A DNA stretch of 64,000 bases, from contig NC_068993.1 of assembly GCF_001194135.2 (NCBI RefSeq), positions 23,662,215 to 23,726,214 of the forward strand, written 5' to 3'. The stretch comes from Octopus bimaculoides. Lineage: Eukaryota. The notes under the pieces were generated by a model. That model was not told the origin of the DNA, did not search any database, and worked only from the letters and a program-made list of their open reading frames with translations. How positions within the stretch are numbered: the stretch's first letter is position 1; each line of letters opens with the position of its first letter. A program made the position numbers and the translations under genes. Shown here in pieces: positions 49,588 to 64,000 of the stretch.

Positions 49588-52500
49588 TGTATAGAATAAA
49601 GCCGTGGTACGTAGAAGAGATAGACAGTCGTAAATCCAGGGGATGTATTGACCTAATGTGATCATAAACTTGAAAATCAAATTCCGGATAGTGATTGTGA
49701 ATAAAGAAGGAAAACTGTCGTTATAGAAGAAGGGGAATGCTATAGCTGTTGTTCGGAAAGGAGGGGATAAAGGAAGGAACTGGAGGGGATGAAGTAAAGA
49801 ACAGGTAGTGGAGAGAAGGAGGGGATGGTAAGTGGAGGAAGGGAAATGACGGAGATGAGGGGAGCAACAGGTAGGGTTAGGGAAGGATGGGAAACCAATA
49901 AGTGTCTGGTGATTTTACAAAATTATTTGGAGAGCATTGAAGATACTAATCGAATTCAGCACAATATTGTATTCGACAATATTAGAGAAGAAATGTATGA
50001 TTACTGTGATAGAAACTTCAATTATATATATTCTTCTGAGCCAAGAAATTTATATCATTTTGAATTAAACTATCACATACAATAATCTGAAATTTAGTTA
50101 AAGTTACCAATATATTTGATTTACGATGAAGGCAATCTGATAATTCTCCTAACAAATTATCGCCAAATTTAAATAACGTGTAAAGCTCCACCCGTCTAAA
50201 GTAAATATTCAGAACTTCGAAATCCAAAGATTTCGATATTGATAAGTGAATTCTGTGCGTAGATGATAAAGCAATTTTACATTTTGTCTTTAACTTGCCA
50301 AGAAGGGCATAGAATATTGAAATTTCTTCGATTAGTTTTACCGGAAACGTTTCCCCATTTACTAACATTATGATATTCGTGTGTTATCTGATGCTTCGTT
50401 AATAACATAATACTAGTCCTCTATATACTGCTTCTCGAAATTTAATCACAGTGATATATTTCTTAGCGCAATCAAAATGCTTCCAGATTGGGAATTAGAA
50501 TATAAAAGCTGTGTTCTATATTTACCCACGAAGTAATGATACATAATTTAAGACAGTAACCATAATAAGAGTAATATTTTAACCAGGATCAAAGTATTTA
50601 GTTGATAGAGCATGAAACAATCTATTTAGAATCATCTAATGAGGGAAAACAATAGGTCGCAATGACAGTTATTTCCCATATTTTGTCGACCACTTAAACA
50701 TTTGCTCGTGCGAAGCATTTAATGCACTAATCTCAATTCAACGAAATATAGATTGAATGATTGCTAGAAACTAAATGGAAATATAACTTTTATCTTTCAA
50801 ACATGAAGTGCATTAATCAAATAAATTATAGTAAGTGAATATTCCTTGAGAAGAATCGCTATGAAAGTCTTTTTCGAATTCATGTAAGGTATGTCCATGT
50901 TCTATCCGGAGACATGGCAGAATTACATAGGATGTGCACGCATCAGTCATGCTTAAATTTTTGAAAGGAATTGTGATTACGTTTATCGGCATATACATAC
51001 ACTGGTTCTCTTGCTCTTCCTCACACACAAACAAAAATTTCACTTCATTCACATATTAATATCTATAAAAATAGTTAATACATGTGGATAAATCGATAAA
51101 GTATGCGAAAATTATCTGAACAGAATTTATTTGAATGCTATATTCTATATCCATACATATACTATAAGAAAGTAGTTATGCGCCTGCTTGGCTAGTCCGT
51201 TATTTTCTCTTAATTCACTTTCCTTTAAACAAACATTGACCTCCCTTGAATTTGTTGCTGCCACCAAAACGTCTAAATACATCTGAATACAAAACAATGG
51301 CAATTAAAACTCCTTAATACCCTGCTATAATATATGCATGACTCTTAGCTTGGTCAAAAACGTAGTTACGATACGAATCAACTCACTCAAATACCTCACT
51401 GGAACGTTTCTTCCGATGGCTATGCTCTTGTCTCTTTTTAAACAGTTTATTTCCACAATCCAATAATCTACTGCTGTTACAAGATTATTAATTGCATTAA
51501 TCTCAGAAATCTGCTACCTCTGATCTCACATTCTATGGAAATAAAACTACTTCGAGCACTAATTCCTAGATGCAGTTTACTCCTTAATAAAAGTTAGTAC
51601 TTATTTCAATATAATTATGCCTTAAGGCGTGACAAAGTAACAATGAACTGAGACTCCACACTGAGAGAAAAAGAAAAATATGGAAGTCCGGAAATTCCTT
51701 CATTATAGCCTTGGAATAGAAATTTTGAATATATTTATTTAAATTGTTCATTGACCTGAATAATTAATGGTTTGATATTTATATAATTCATTTGTTCTAC
51801 GGAAATTTAATAATTCACCAAATAGGTCCTACCTGATTACAAATACATTCCTAATTTTACCTTCCGTTTCTCCGTTCTTCATTTAGCTAATGATAATTTG
51901 TTTCCTGACAGTGTGATGTGAAAACTAATAAATTCTATAGTAAATATAATGGTTTGGAGGATAAATGTCTGCTGAAAACTATGTAGCAATTAAAAAATAA
52001 TTAGTGAATACAATGTGAATTATATCGCTACGATATATCTTTCTGAAACAAATTAAAGAAGTTGTATTGAACGATGAGTTAAACGTGTTTAAGTTGATAT
52101 GCTGGTATGTAAGGAGACGGTTACCATTGTATAAGAAAGATAGTGGTCAGTTGAACAGAGAACAGAATTCTATGCAAATTCAAAATAATGTTACTTCACT
52201 CGTACTACTAATGTTCTTCAGAATTCCATTATGCATACATTTTCATATTCATTTCCATTAAAATCTCACTTCCAAGATATCCTACGATAGATAGTTTTAT
52301 TCCTTTATTGTACATCTGGAAAATATTTTCTGAATGAATTATTATAAAAATTATACAATGTATTTCTGCATGTTATTGAAATGATCAGTAGCGTGACGAG
52401 AGGGATAATAACGTTAAATAAAACAATTTACAATGATTGGCTACAATGATTCGAAATAATACCATACTTATGAGAAAAGCAATACCATACTTATGAGAAA

Positions 52501-53670
52501 AGTCGAAAAGTTTTGATGGAAGAAGAGAGTTGCCTGTAGAATATTCCTAACACCACTATTAGGATGATATGATTTCTTCTTTAAGCAATTCATCGCATAT
52601 CAGTTTAAAACCCGAAAATGCTGTATAACATTTATTCGAGCACACACTTTAATAAGTTACTTGAATCAATCTAGTGTAATAGCTTGAAACAATTATATTA
52701 ATATATAAACTACTGAAAATCAAAAGTAAAATATCCAAATCTAGAATCACTAAATTGCAATTTAATGTTTACTAAAAAATATCTTGACTTGCAAAAAGCA
52801 CCACATTGAATACATTGATTAGCTATTTAATTATGAACTGACGCTTATTATATATNNNNNNNNNNNNNNNNNNNNNNNNNNNNNNNNNNNNNNNNNNNNN
52901 NNNNNNNNNNNNNNNNNNNNNNNNNNNNNNNNNNNNNNNNNNNNNNNNNNNNNNNNNNNNNNNNNNNNNNNNNNNNNNNNNNNNNNNNNNNNNNNNNNNN
53001 NNNNNNNNNNNNNNNNNNNNNNNNNNNNNNNNNNNNNNNNNNNNNNNNNNNNNNNNNNNNNNNNNNNNNNNNNNNNNNNNNNNNNNNNNNNNNNNNNNNN
53101 NNNNNNNNNNNNNNNNNNNNNNNNNNNNNNNNNNNNNNNNNNNNNNNNNNNNNNNNNNNNNNNNNNNNNNNNNNNNNNNNNNNNNNNNNNNNNNNNNNNN
53201 NNNNNNNNNNNNNNNNNNNNNNNNNNNNNNNNNNNNNNNNNNNNNNNNNNNNNNNNNNNNNNNNNNNNNNNNNNNNNNNNNNNNNNNNNNNNNNNNNNNN
53301 NNNNNNNNNNNNNNNNNNNNNNNNNNNNNNNNNNNNNNNNNNNNNNNNNNNNNNNNNNNNNNNTTTATCAGAATATTTGGACTGAAGATTGGAATAGAGA
53401 AATTTTCTTTCGCTTAACCATGAAACGATTCGTATCCAATTAACTAAAGACTTGTTTTGTTTATGCTTTTCCCTCCGGTTTTTTGTTCTATGTGTGCCAT
53501 AAATATCGCCATCCGTTTAGAGAAAAAATTGTAGTTTAGAATCAGTAGTTCTTTGACTGCTATTTCTAAATTTTCAGTATGTTGGAGAAGCAACTCAATG
53601 CTAATCCCTGTATATTTATGATTATATATATTATATACATACATGCATTCATACATACATAGATACACAC

Positions 53671-53705
<35 letters not shown>

Positions 53706-56269
53706 TACATACATATATATACTCACACACATTAGCTTATGATTTATATTTTTTTTCAAATCCCCGTCCTCCATTCAGAATCGATTTTGGCATTTATTTT
53801 TCACTTCACACTTAAAGGCGATGGGAGAATAGCTGAAATTTTAAAAACGAAAATCGTTGAAAGTCGCCATCATCATTATGATCGTCACTTCCTGTATTTT
53901 CAAACAAACAATGAAACGTAATTTAAAGAAAATAATCAAATATTGTCCCTCTATAATCCGTAAAAGTTTGGCGTTTTTTTTTTTGTTTTTTTTCCAAATC
54001 TGATTTGTATTAATAATTTTTAAATACAGGGTGTCCGAATCTCCAATTTTTTTCTCTTTAAACACATTGGGCCCTGATCCATTGCTGGTATATAAGCAAC
54101 AGCAACATAAAAAAGGTAATTTAAAGCTTTAAGCTGCTACATCACATCAAGCGAGTGTGTATGTGTGTGTGTGCGCGTGCGTATGAAAATACATTTACTT
54201 TCAGAAAAGTATGGTATTAAAATAAAATATCGTTCTATTGAAATTCCTTATACACAAGCTTACACTCACAAGGAAACACCATGCATACACACACACTGAC
54301 GGATGCACACACATGCAGCATAAGCGATGTGTGTACATTTTCTGGGAGTTAGAGAGAGGCTGGTAAAAACGCATATATATAGAGAGTAAGTTTACCATGA
54401 GAAAAGTGAAAAAATAAAGAGAGAGAGACAGACAGAGGGAACGGGAAAGAGAGGGAAGGAGAGAGAGGGAGCGAGAGAGATGTTTTCTATTTCTATCACA
54501 AATTTTTAAATTTTGAAGTTAGATGAAAGTTTTCAAGTTTGGTGTGTATAAGTATTTTTTCACGCTGAAACCGATTTACGTGATTCATTTATTCCAGAAA
54601 AAAATTGCGAACAATGTTACAGAAGTCTAAAGTTCGATCATTTTTAGCCAATCACAAAACAGCACTTCTGCGTAATAATTGTCATAAAATGACCATAATT
54701 GTCATGAAAGAAGATGAGGTCTTAAACAAAATGAAAGCAATGCGTAAGAGTTAATGCATATACAAAGAGATTGAGTGTCAAAGAGTAGAGCAAATATACT
54801 TAGAGAGACACAATTGTGGTAAAACATAGAGACTGTGAGAGTTGTCGATGTAAAAGATATTTCACTTAGAAATTTATGTTTTTTATAATTATGTATAGAG
54901 GACCATTACTTTGGGAGGTAAATTACGAAAATCAAATTTGTTATTCCAAAGATGCACCATTTCAGAACCTTTCTGGACGAAACACACATAATCACATGGA
55001 TAATCACATGGATCAGCGTTTATATAGTACACACTCCCCCATACACACACATGAGATATTGATTAATTGAAGTGCTAAGTATTAGCTTAACAGAAAGTTG
55101 TTGTAACGTAGTTTTTGTTGAATAATAATGCTTCTCGTTATTGAAAAAATGTAAAGCAATAAACATTAAATTTTTTAAATATGCCTACATTTTCCTAGTA
55201 CGTTTGTTTCAATGTAGGAGGTCAAATTTATTATTTTATGTCAATGAAACAAGAAAAATGAGAGGACATTCGAATACTATGCCATAGAAATAGTTTCATA
55301 CACATATGCTGTGATCGTATGATCTCATAGAAAACTACCGATAGAAAAATGAAGCCATTGGGTATGACGTTTGATATAATTTTCGCATGATAGGCAATAT
55401 CAAAAGCGATATTAATGATGAAGATAACGGCATTTCTTAAATGAAATATATCTAAAACAAGACTCCACCCGCGAATGATGTAAATGAGTACAGCTGTAAT
55501 TGTAGGAAACGTAAAATTATGTTATAATTACACGTAAAATACAAAATATTGTGTTGAACAAAAAACTCTAACGAAAGCAGCTTTGTTTCTAATTGTTTTT
55601 AACTTGTATCCCATTAAACTTGTTATCGAAATCGATGATTGCATATCCGTTTTGTCTAATTAAATTTAAATGGAACATAATGACGGTTAAACTGCATTAA
55701 TTGCATGTATAATTTTCTGTGATTGTTTTCAAAAATTATCCATATTCAATTACTTGCGTGTTGCGAAGGTACCTGTTCTTGCAAATTGTTCGACTGTTTA
55801 TATTAACGAACGTCAAATTGAAATATGGAGAACAGGAACCACTTCAGTTTAATAATTACCACTTCCATTCAATACAAACGCTTTCAAGATTTTTTCTGGG
55901 TAAAAAATATATTTAGTAGTAGATCAACCAGTTAGAGTAAATTATTACCAGATGCATACCAGAAAAGATGAAAAAATTGTCAAATATGGAACTCCTTTTT
56001 AAGATGATGGAATCTATTATTATTGGGATTTGGCTGCACTTTCTAAGAAAACAACCGTTGACAAAATGGGTTGCGTTTTGGTTTCCGAAATGTGCATTGA
56101 CAGAAATGCCATTACTTTGGCCTCGTCACAGTAAATTTGTTCCACAAGAAAGTCGAGCTCTCTATTTTAACAATAACAAAATTAATATCCCATTCTACTT
56201 TAGGCACAACGACCGAATTTTTTTTTTTCTTGGGTGCGGGGAGGCAGTCGATTACATTAAACCCCCCCC

Positions 56270-56422
56270 CCCCAGTACGTAACTGGTACTTAATTTATCG
56301 GCCCTGAAAGGATGAAAGGCAAAGTCGACCTCGACGGAATTTGAACTCAGAACGTAGAGACAGACGAAATACCGCTAAGCAGTTCGCCCGGCGTGTTAAC
56401 GTCTCTGCCAGCTCGCTGCCTT
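56270..56422 (-). mobile_element. SINE family B
   Basis: Clean copy CTGGTACTTAATTTATCGGCCCTGAAAGGATGAAAGGCAAAGTCGACCTCGACGGAATTTGAACTCAGAACG... Confidence 0.85.
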
Positions 56423-56689
56423 AGAACAAAATTAATATCACGCTAAAAAAAAACTTAAGTGGACTAAATAGTATTCATTTGAAAATAATGTTCAAAGTTC
56501 TGGTTTCAATAACGAATATATTTGAACACATCTAAAACACATAACTTCTCTGTTCACAGCTGTGAAGCTACGTGGATTCAGATTTCATTCTTTAATTCTT
56601 TTACTCTTTAATTTTTTCACTCCGTCATATTGAGCATTGCTTTAAAGAGATTTGTCAAATAAACTCCAGTACTTAAAGAAAGATCAGGC

Positions 56690-56815
56690 GCTTATCTATC
56701 AGCATCTGTTGCCGATCCACAAAGTTACAGGAACGTAACCCGAAGATGTCACGCTGGAAAATTGAACCCAAAACCATATGGATGAAAAGCGAGTTTCTTA
56801 ACTTCACAACCACGA
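56690..56815 (-). mobile_element. Decayed SINE family A head
   Basis: Minus strand GTGGTTGTGAAGTTAAGAAACTCGCTT...ATGGTTTTGGGTTCAAT resembles the head at 21070-21140. Confidence 0.55.
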
Positions 56816-57579
56816 GACTCTCACTCTTCCTTTCAGTTGTACATTTACTTTACACATCCATAAGAAACCATCTGTAACCAGTTATATATATACACTGGCA
56901 TCTGCTTTTCATTTCCATATGTCGTAATTTTCCCTTCTTGTACATGCTGAGAAACATATGAATATCATGTCTGTTTATTTTCTTTCAGTGGCAAACAGTA
57001 ATTCCATACCAATTTATAAAATAATTTTAATATAATGTGAACAAGATTAGTATGTTGAATACAGAACTCTTAAAATTTCCTGATGGAGTAGATTTCTAGT
57101 ATTTAGGACTCTTAAGCTTTTCTGGAAGCATAATATTGATTGTTTGAAATGTTTAGCTTTCTTACCTGCAGGGAACTCAATACAATGGATAGGCAAAGCT
57201 TTACATATATTTCTTTCGGATTTAATTTTATCACAATAGTGACTAAAATTGTTTGTTAGTTTAAGATTCCATTAAATGCATTTCTCGCCTTTGGGTCTTT
57301 CAATTCCATTCAATATTGATATTACTTTATATTTTAACACATTTTCTACTGTAAACATTTCGTGAGACATATATTTTCTAAACGTTAACTTCTGGTTATA
57401 TCTCAGAATTCCATTGTGCAAAAACCTTTCTCTACACTTTAATTCGACTGTATGAATATGAGTTGAAAATAGCCTCAGCGCATATCTGTGTGCATTAGTG
57501 TGCATCAGCGTATACATAAGTGTGTGTGCATTTTATCCTGCTGGGATGTATGTATGCGTGTGTGTATGTGTTGTTTGTG

Positions 57580-57770
57580 AAGGAGTGGTCAAGTGGTTAC
57601 GGTGATGCACTCACAATCGTTAGATAATGGGCTAAATTTCTGAACCGGGCGGTGCGCTTTGTTCTAGAGCAAAACATTTCATTTCAAGTTGCTCTGCGCG
57701 TGGGAGGGTGGCAGAATAGTTAACACGCCGGCAGAGTTGCTTAAGGTAGTTCGATTCGAAATTTCAATAG
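57580..57770 (+). mobile_element. Decayed SINE heads (family C followed by family B)
   Basis: GTGGTTA.GG....C.ACTC.C.ATCGT.. and GGCAGAATAGTTAACACGCCGG. Confidence 0.5.
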
Positions 57771-59277
57771 AATGTGATTATATCTAATACCTATGCATGT
57801 GTTAAAGCTAAACTTTTCTTTCAATATTGCTCTGATCGTCAATTTTCGACTCCCCCAAATAAAGTTGGTGTCTATGGGGATTTAGAAATCACAGATTTCG
57901 AAACGATCCCTCGTGATGTATAAATTTAATGCACTATTCTGCACAATGGAAGGTGAGAAAGCCTTTAGTGTAAGCTATTTGCATATATTTACAGATTGAC
58001 TAAACAGAAGAATTGCTTAAATTTCTTATAATAATACAATAGTCCGTGTTTAAGCGTAGAAATTATTACTAGCTGGGACTTCTGGGGTGTGTGCTATACT
58101 TTAATGTCTCATCCATCAAAAGCTTTTAAGCTTCGTTGGCTTATCATTTCCAATTAACTCTGAATCGATTAAAAAGTGATGGGTTGAAACAATAGTTTTT
58201 GCGTAGGAATCAATACAATATCACACGACAAAGATACCGATGCTTTTAAAACATTACTGCGTTGAAATATGCAAACAACGTATTAGTATATATTTCAAAA
58301 GTCATATGTTATCTCAAGTTCATTGAAAAAATTACAAACCCCGAAGCACTATTGCACAATTTTACGAGATAATGACAATCTTTTCATGCATTAAAATGAC
58401 ACGCGACTGTGACGACAAAGTTCACTCATTACACTAAAAATTTGCCTCTCACTTTAGTAGTAGAAATTATGTCAATCCTGTTGGAACATCTGTATTACAA
58501 CGGAAGCATACTGCTATATCTGTATGCAAAAGAAGAATACACTTCAAAAGGAAATGTTTAATATATTTTGCCTCATAAATTTATTCAGTAACTTGAAAGA
58601 TACGAATTAATAAGCTATCGCAAGCTACTTATAAAAGAGGTTGTTCACAAATAAAATGTGTGAGAACATATGTCTCGGCACGCTTTGTAATGTATGCAAG
58701 CACATTGATACAAAATTCGAGGCCATACAAACATCGTGATCTATTGTAAAAACAACCGATCAGACCTGGTAATCATTTTGACTATAGTGACACAAATGAC
58801 TTTGTATCTCGACACAAAATATATCGAATTATTGATGAAAGTCTCGATGAAATGCCCATTATCAATAAAAAGTCTGCATCAGCCAAGAAGCCTGCTTTCG
58901 ATATTATTGGATTTAAATATTTGATCGGCTACAAAAGGCGGGAATAAGTATATATTTTTAGTAAACATCCAAGCGAGTATTTTCAAAAGAACAAGGCATT
59001 TTTAATATTGTAATCCAAATTTCTCTGAACAGTTTTTCCAAAAATATTGCACAATACAATTTTAGTACATAAAGGGCATTGCATTATGACCCAACGAAGT
59101 ACCTAAGTCAAAGGTACTGCTACTAGCAGAAATTGCAATCTGCAACAGCTTTCATTGTTAAACACCGCGAGCATGTCTGTCAATTTTTGAAGTATATAAC
59201 CACTATGACGAATAAGAAAACTTCTCGAATATCCCAACAAATATTGGACAAGTCACTTGTTTCATTTTATCATACAA

Positions 59278-59615
59278 CTAGCAATGTTACCCGGCGTTAC
59301 TCGGGATTAAAATGGTAGAGAGTTTTATTGCTCATATTGTTTCGGTCATGTGGCTCATGACATGGTGGAGCCCCACATTTAGTCGAAGAAATGGACCCCA
59401 GTATTTATTCTTTGCATGCATAGTACTTATTCTATCGGAGTGTTTTGCCAAATGGCTAAGTTGTGGGGGCGTAAACACAGAAACATCGATTGTCAAGCAA
59501 ATGTGGGGGTACAAACACAGACATACACGCACATACATATATACATATATATATACATACTTATATATACACGTGTATGTATATATATATACATATATAT
59601 AAATATGTATATATA
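59278..59615 (+). mobile_element. Helentron/DINE-1-like (HINE) non-autonomous element
   Basis: ACTAGC...ACCCGGCGTTACTCGGG 5' sub-terminal hairpin followed ~250 bp later by an (AC/AT) microsatellite; a second similar head ACTAGC...ACTCGG.AATTCCCGGG at ~59938. Confidence 0.5.
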
Positions 59616-59852
59616 NNNNNNNNNNNNNNNNNNNNNNNNNNNNNNNNNNNNNNNNNNNNNNNNNNNNNNNNNNNNNNNNNNNNNNNNNNNNNNNNNNNNN
59701 NNNNNNNNNNNNNNNNNNNNNNNNNNNNNNNNNNNNNNNNNNNNNNNNNNNNNNNNNNNNNNNNNNNNNNNNNNNNNNNNNNNNNNNNNNNNNNNNNNNN
59801 NNNNNNNNNNNNNNNNNNNNNNNNNNNNNNNNNNNNNNNNNNNNNNNNNNNN

Positions 59853-59904
<52 letters not shown>

Positions 59905-60299
59905 TGTATATACATATATATATAGATATATATGTATACTAGCTGGTGTACTCGGTAATTCCCGGGGGCATAGAAGTTCTATTAAGACGCATTATTACTC
60001 TGGTATAAGAAAACAATTTCGTTATAACTGACACAAAAGGTGTATTTTCCGACGCGAAAAAGTACAAAAGACTGTCAGCTGGAGGAGGGAGAGATTGTTG
60101 GACGTTGGCGAGAAAGTACTGTGACTCGTCGTTGCATTTTAAAGGAAAATGAGAACACTATTACAGAAGGAAGAACAAATATGATCACCTGTAATAACTC
60201 TGCTTACAGAACCGGAGAAGGCAATATAACAGGTTACTTCAAACGGAAAATGGAATGCAGTTTAGCAACAAGTGCATGATAAAGAATGTGGCTTAGTAA

Positions 60300-60640
60300 A
60301 GTGAGGTGAAGGCGAGTACACAAAAATACGAGTACATTGATTGTACCGGAAACACCATGAAAAATCGTCTGCACAAGCCTTAAGACTTATTCCAATGTTA
60401 AGAAAAGATATTCATCATCATTATCTAACCTCATCGGTAGGCTTAAACACAATGCCGTGGAGCATAGACAAACTGAACTATAATAAAAACGCTTCACCTT
60501 ACAATAGAACATCACAGGTGTGCTATATATTCCTAGAAGAAACCCTGGGGATCATCACATCAAGAGAAAAAATAATTAATAAACACTCCGAAGTAATCAT
60601 ATCATATAAGGATACAAGCAGTGCCTCATTCCTAGAATTC
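60300..60640 (+). mobile_element. Penelope-like GIY-YIG endonuclease remnant
   Basis: KYEYIDCTGNTMKNRLHK (YIG-like) and WSI...ASPYNRTSQVCYIFLEE..II....IINKHSEVI (PLE C-terminal motif). Confidence 0.6.
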
Positions 60641-61343
60641 GAAAAGGAACATATTGAAATAGAAAAACAGTATCCACCTGAGTAGACGTGAAGAACATAG
60701 AAACAACTAAACGAAATGACTATTATTTTCATATTATATATGCTATAAGTTACATACACCAAGAGTAATCAAAAAGGCTTTTAAAGAAAAATATTGTTTG
60801 TCAAATCAAACAATGAACCCCATGAATAGCTACACTTTCTGACCCTATGGCATCAGAATTCATTGAAGAGGACGCCTGCTGTGACGAAGGTCAAACTAAT
60901 TAACTAGCTACCTATTCTGACATCCACATATTCAAATATCAAAATAAGTTTAGCATCTACACAGACACCTCCCTCTCTTTCACAATTACTATTCCTTTCT
61001 ATCGTTCCATCACCTTTCACACCTCCCCACCAAATACACACAGATTTGCCCACATGCCCTAATCAACCTTTCCATTGGTCAAAACTATTAAACAACTCTC
61101 AATTATACATCCACTGTTTCCAAGATTAATGCCCAGGAATACGGACTTTGATCGTAGAAAACCATGAATTGTGGAAACGCGCGTTGCGATGCATTCACAT
61201 ATTTATAAATTCCATCCATTGATTATTATTGTCATTATTATACACACACGCGCACACACTCACACGCACACGCGCGCGCACCCACACACACATACGTTCA
61301 CACATATATGTTCACACACATATAAGCATCTCTTATATATATC

Positions 61344-61375
<32 letters not shown>

Positions 61376-62607
61376 TGTATGTATGTATGTATGTATGTAT
61401 GCATATACGTATGTATATATATATAAGTATGAAATTCGTTTCGATTCGTTATCACACACTATATATATAAAAGATACATGACACACAAATGAAAGAAAGC
61501 TAAAATAATGGGACTATATCTAAAATCAGTTCATATTGTGCGTAACGGGATGCAAGCACAAAGAAATAGAACCAGATTAAAATAGAACAAACGTTCTTTA
61601 AAAATCCGGTCACATAGTCCATTAATAAAAGAAACGAAAATAAAACAATATACTCTTGTTAGTGTGTATGATGAATATCGTTGTAAGTGTTAAAACGTAC
61701 TCGCTATGAAGTAAATGTACCATGAACATCAGAAGCGGTGTCCTTTGTAAAGTTTATTTCCCAACAACTATAACACCAACCTACAGCATTTAGCTTCAAT
61801 TATAATTATCGCTCCACATACACAATCGTTGGATCAATGGACATGTGAGGTCTTTCAAGTACAGTATTCTTCCACATTTCAGACAAATACAACACAAACA
61901 ACGTATATATAAGACTTCCTACTTGACAAGAGAAGTAGAAAGAAAAGGAAGAATTTCTGAATACGCCTGCGAGCGGATGTAAGTTCAAAATTGTTAATCG
62001 AAGCATAAAAGACTGACATAGTATAGACGCAGAAGACACCGAAAAAATCACGAGACACAAAAATAGAAAAGCTTCCACAATCCAATAACAATGTCAGCAG
62101 TTAAAACATATAGGAAACATTTTCCATTAGTTAAATTACAGAAAGGAAAAAGTCACATTGCACATACATTAGCCCTATAATAAAATAAAAGTGCAGAAGT
62201 ACTCATAAAATACGCAAATATATATAGTTATTTACATAAAACCAAATCTACAGAAAGAAAAAAAATAGACACATCGCACTTTTAATACAATAAAAGCGCA
62301 GCAGTACTCCTGGAACATGGAAATAGATGCAGCTATTTTCATAAAAGCAAAAGCAGACAAAAGAAATATAATAACCCTAACGTAAACGTCGATGATGACT
62401 ATGTGGAAATTTATTAAAGCTTCAATCCATCTCTTCAATATAAAAAGAATATAAATATATCAGTGTTATTTAACTAAAAACAGATTTACATGATGCAAAA
62501 TTCCTACCCAGCATACAAGTAAGCTAATAGTTCTATTAATCACCTGATGAAAATTTTCGGAAGAGAATGGAAGTCGAATAGTAGAAACAATGATATAAAT
62601 CATTTAA

Positions 62608-64000
62608 CCCTCTGTCTACCAATGGGTCCATTTAAGCTTTTTCAGTTGCTTTTTCCTACTGTTTAGATTATTTGATTCTGCTGATTTCTCGTGACTCTCA
62701 TTTTTTCTTGACTCTTTTATTTGTCAAATGGGAAATTTTCCATATGTTTATAAAAGCTAGAAAATTTCACTTTATACATTAATTATCGTATGGTTCCATT
62801 TGACCCTCAAATTAAATTCAGACAATACTCTTGTCATTCTCAACAGAATAAAAGCAGTATCATATATATTATTTTCCTAGATATTTATCAAATACAAAAT
62901 AGATAAAATTGTATTCAATTTATTTGCTGATTTTTAGATAAAATAGGAAAAAGTATGAAAATATTCCTGTAAATTTGTGTGGAATCGCATCCCCTTCAAT
63001 CTGCTATGTTATAGGGTGATGCAATATTTCTATGTGATGACACAATTCTTACAACATATTGCATCATCTTTCAGGGGAGTATAAATATGTGAGAGAGCAC
63101 ATATACCTTTAGTCTGCTATCAAATTTCATAACCAGATATCGACAAGCTTATTGGAATTAGATGAAGAATGGGCAGAGGATAGTAGTGATTCCATCTGTT
63201 GCTCTGAAGATGAAGGTGAAAGTGATTGGGTGTTGGACAGATTAGGTTCTGTGTCATCAAATGATGAATATACACAAAAGCAAATATCTGTAAGCCAACC
63301 AATTATGAATGAGTAATATGTTTCTACAGATAGACAAGAAGTTTGGCATTCTAATCACCTTACTTGCAATAGCATTGAAACGTGTTTTACTATCTTTATG
63401 CGCCAGAATCTTCTTGAAGTTATTCGTAAATGGACAAATGTTGAAGATCAGGTTCTTTACAAAAAATAAATGGAAGGAAATTGATCACTGTGAACTAAAG
63501 AAATTTATTGGACTTATTATTCTTATAGGTGTTTATAAATCTAAACAAAAAAATGTCACACAGTTATGGAGTCAAGAAGATGGTCGCCCAATATTCAACA
63601 AAATATTGAATCGGGAAGAATTCAACAGATTTTACAAGAATTGCGTTTTGATGATGCTAATGCAAGAAGAAAAAAAAGTGAAGTGATGATAAATTGGAGC
63701 CCATAAGAGAAGTATTTGAAATGTGGAATCAGAATTTGAAAAATAAATATGTTCCAAGTTCATGCATGACAGTTAATGAACAATTAGTTTTATTCAGAGA
63801 GCGCTACCCATTCCGGGTATATATTCCTTCAAAACTAGGGAAATATAGAATTAAAATTTGGGCAATATGTGACAGTGAAATATTTTATGCCTGGAAAATG
63901 CAAATCTACACTGGAAAAGACTTAGTAAAAGGGAGAAAGATAAATCAAGGTTCAAGAGTTGTTGAAGACCTCGTAAAAGAACTTGAAAATACTGGTCGCA
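62608..64000 (+). mobile_element. piggyBac DNA transposon, left end and transposase pseudogene (truncated by window edge)
   Basis: TTAA (62604-07) followed by a CCCT terminus; internal repeat ATGG(G/T)TCCATTT at ~62622 and ~62790; across frameshifts ELKKFIGLIILIGVYKS..LWSQEDGRPIF..LRFDD..TVNEQLVLFRERYPFRVYIPSKLGKYRIKIW (PGBD4-like). Confidence 0.92.

Noticed and set aside
50018-50368. 116-aa minus-strand ORF
   Set aside because: No motif or splice support; expected by chance at this scale.

Overview
AT-rich, microsatellite-dense, gap-riddled eukaryotic scaffold segment. The repeat landscape resembles my recollection of octopus/cephalopod genomes; this is an inference and has not been verified. 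The window is almost entirely transposable-element debris and contains no recognisable intact host gene. Elements found: many R4/Dong-clade (RLE-type) non-LTR retrotransposon fragments, all on + and mostly abutting (AAT)n arrays; one structurally complete but decayed Gypsy LTR element (34139-38382, both LTRs, PBS, probable TATAC TSD) plus a second internal Gypsy fragment; Penelope-like (GIY-YIG) remnants; RTE/BovB-like and Tx1-like RT fragments; mariner pieces and a mariner MITE; a piggyBac transposase running off the right edge; three tRNA-headed SINE families; Helentron/HINE-like heads; and five copies of an unclassified ~560-bp repeat nearly always bounded by (AAT/ATT)n-type arrays. The most unusual feature is a full-length U6 snRNA copy (30170-30281) fused directly to a SINE-type 3' tail, which suggests a U6 retro-chimera or a U6-headed SINE. 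Several long hairpins/foldback elements and a phase-consistent chain of candidate host exons (27199-28306) are also present. Most long ORFs in the supplied track are artefacts of N gaps or simple repeats. All homology calls are from motif recognition by eye; no database searches were run.
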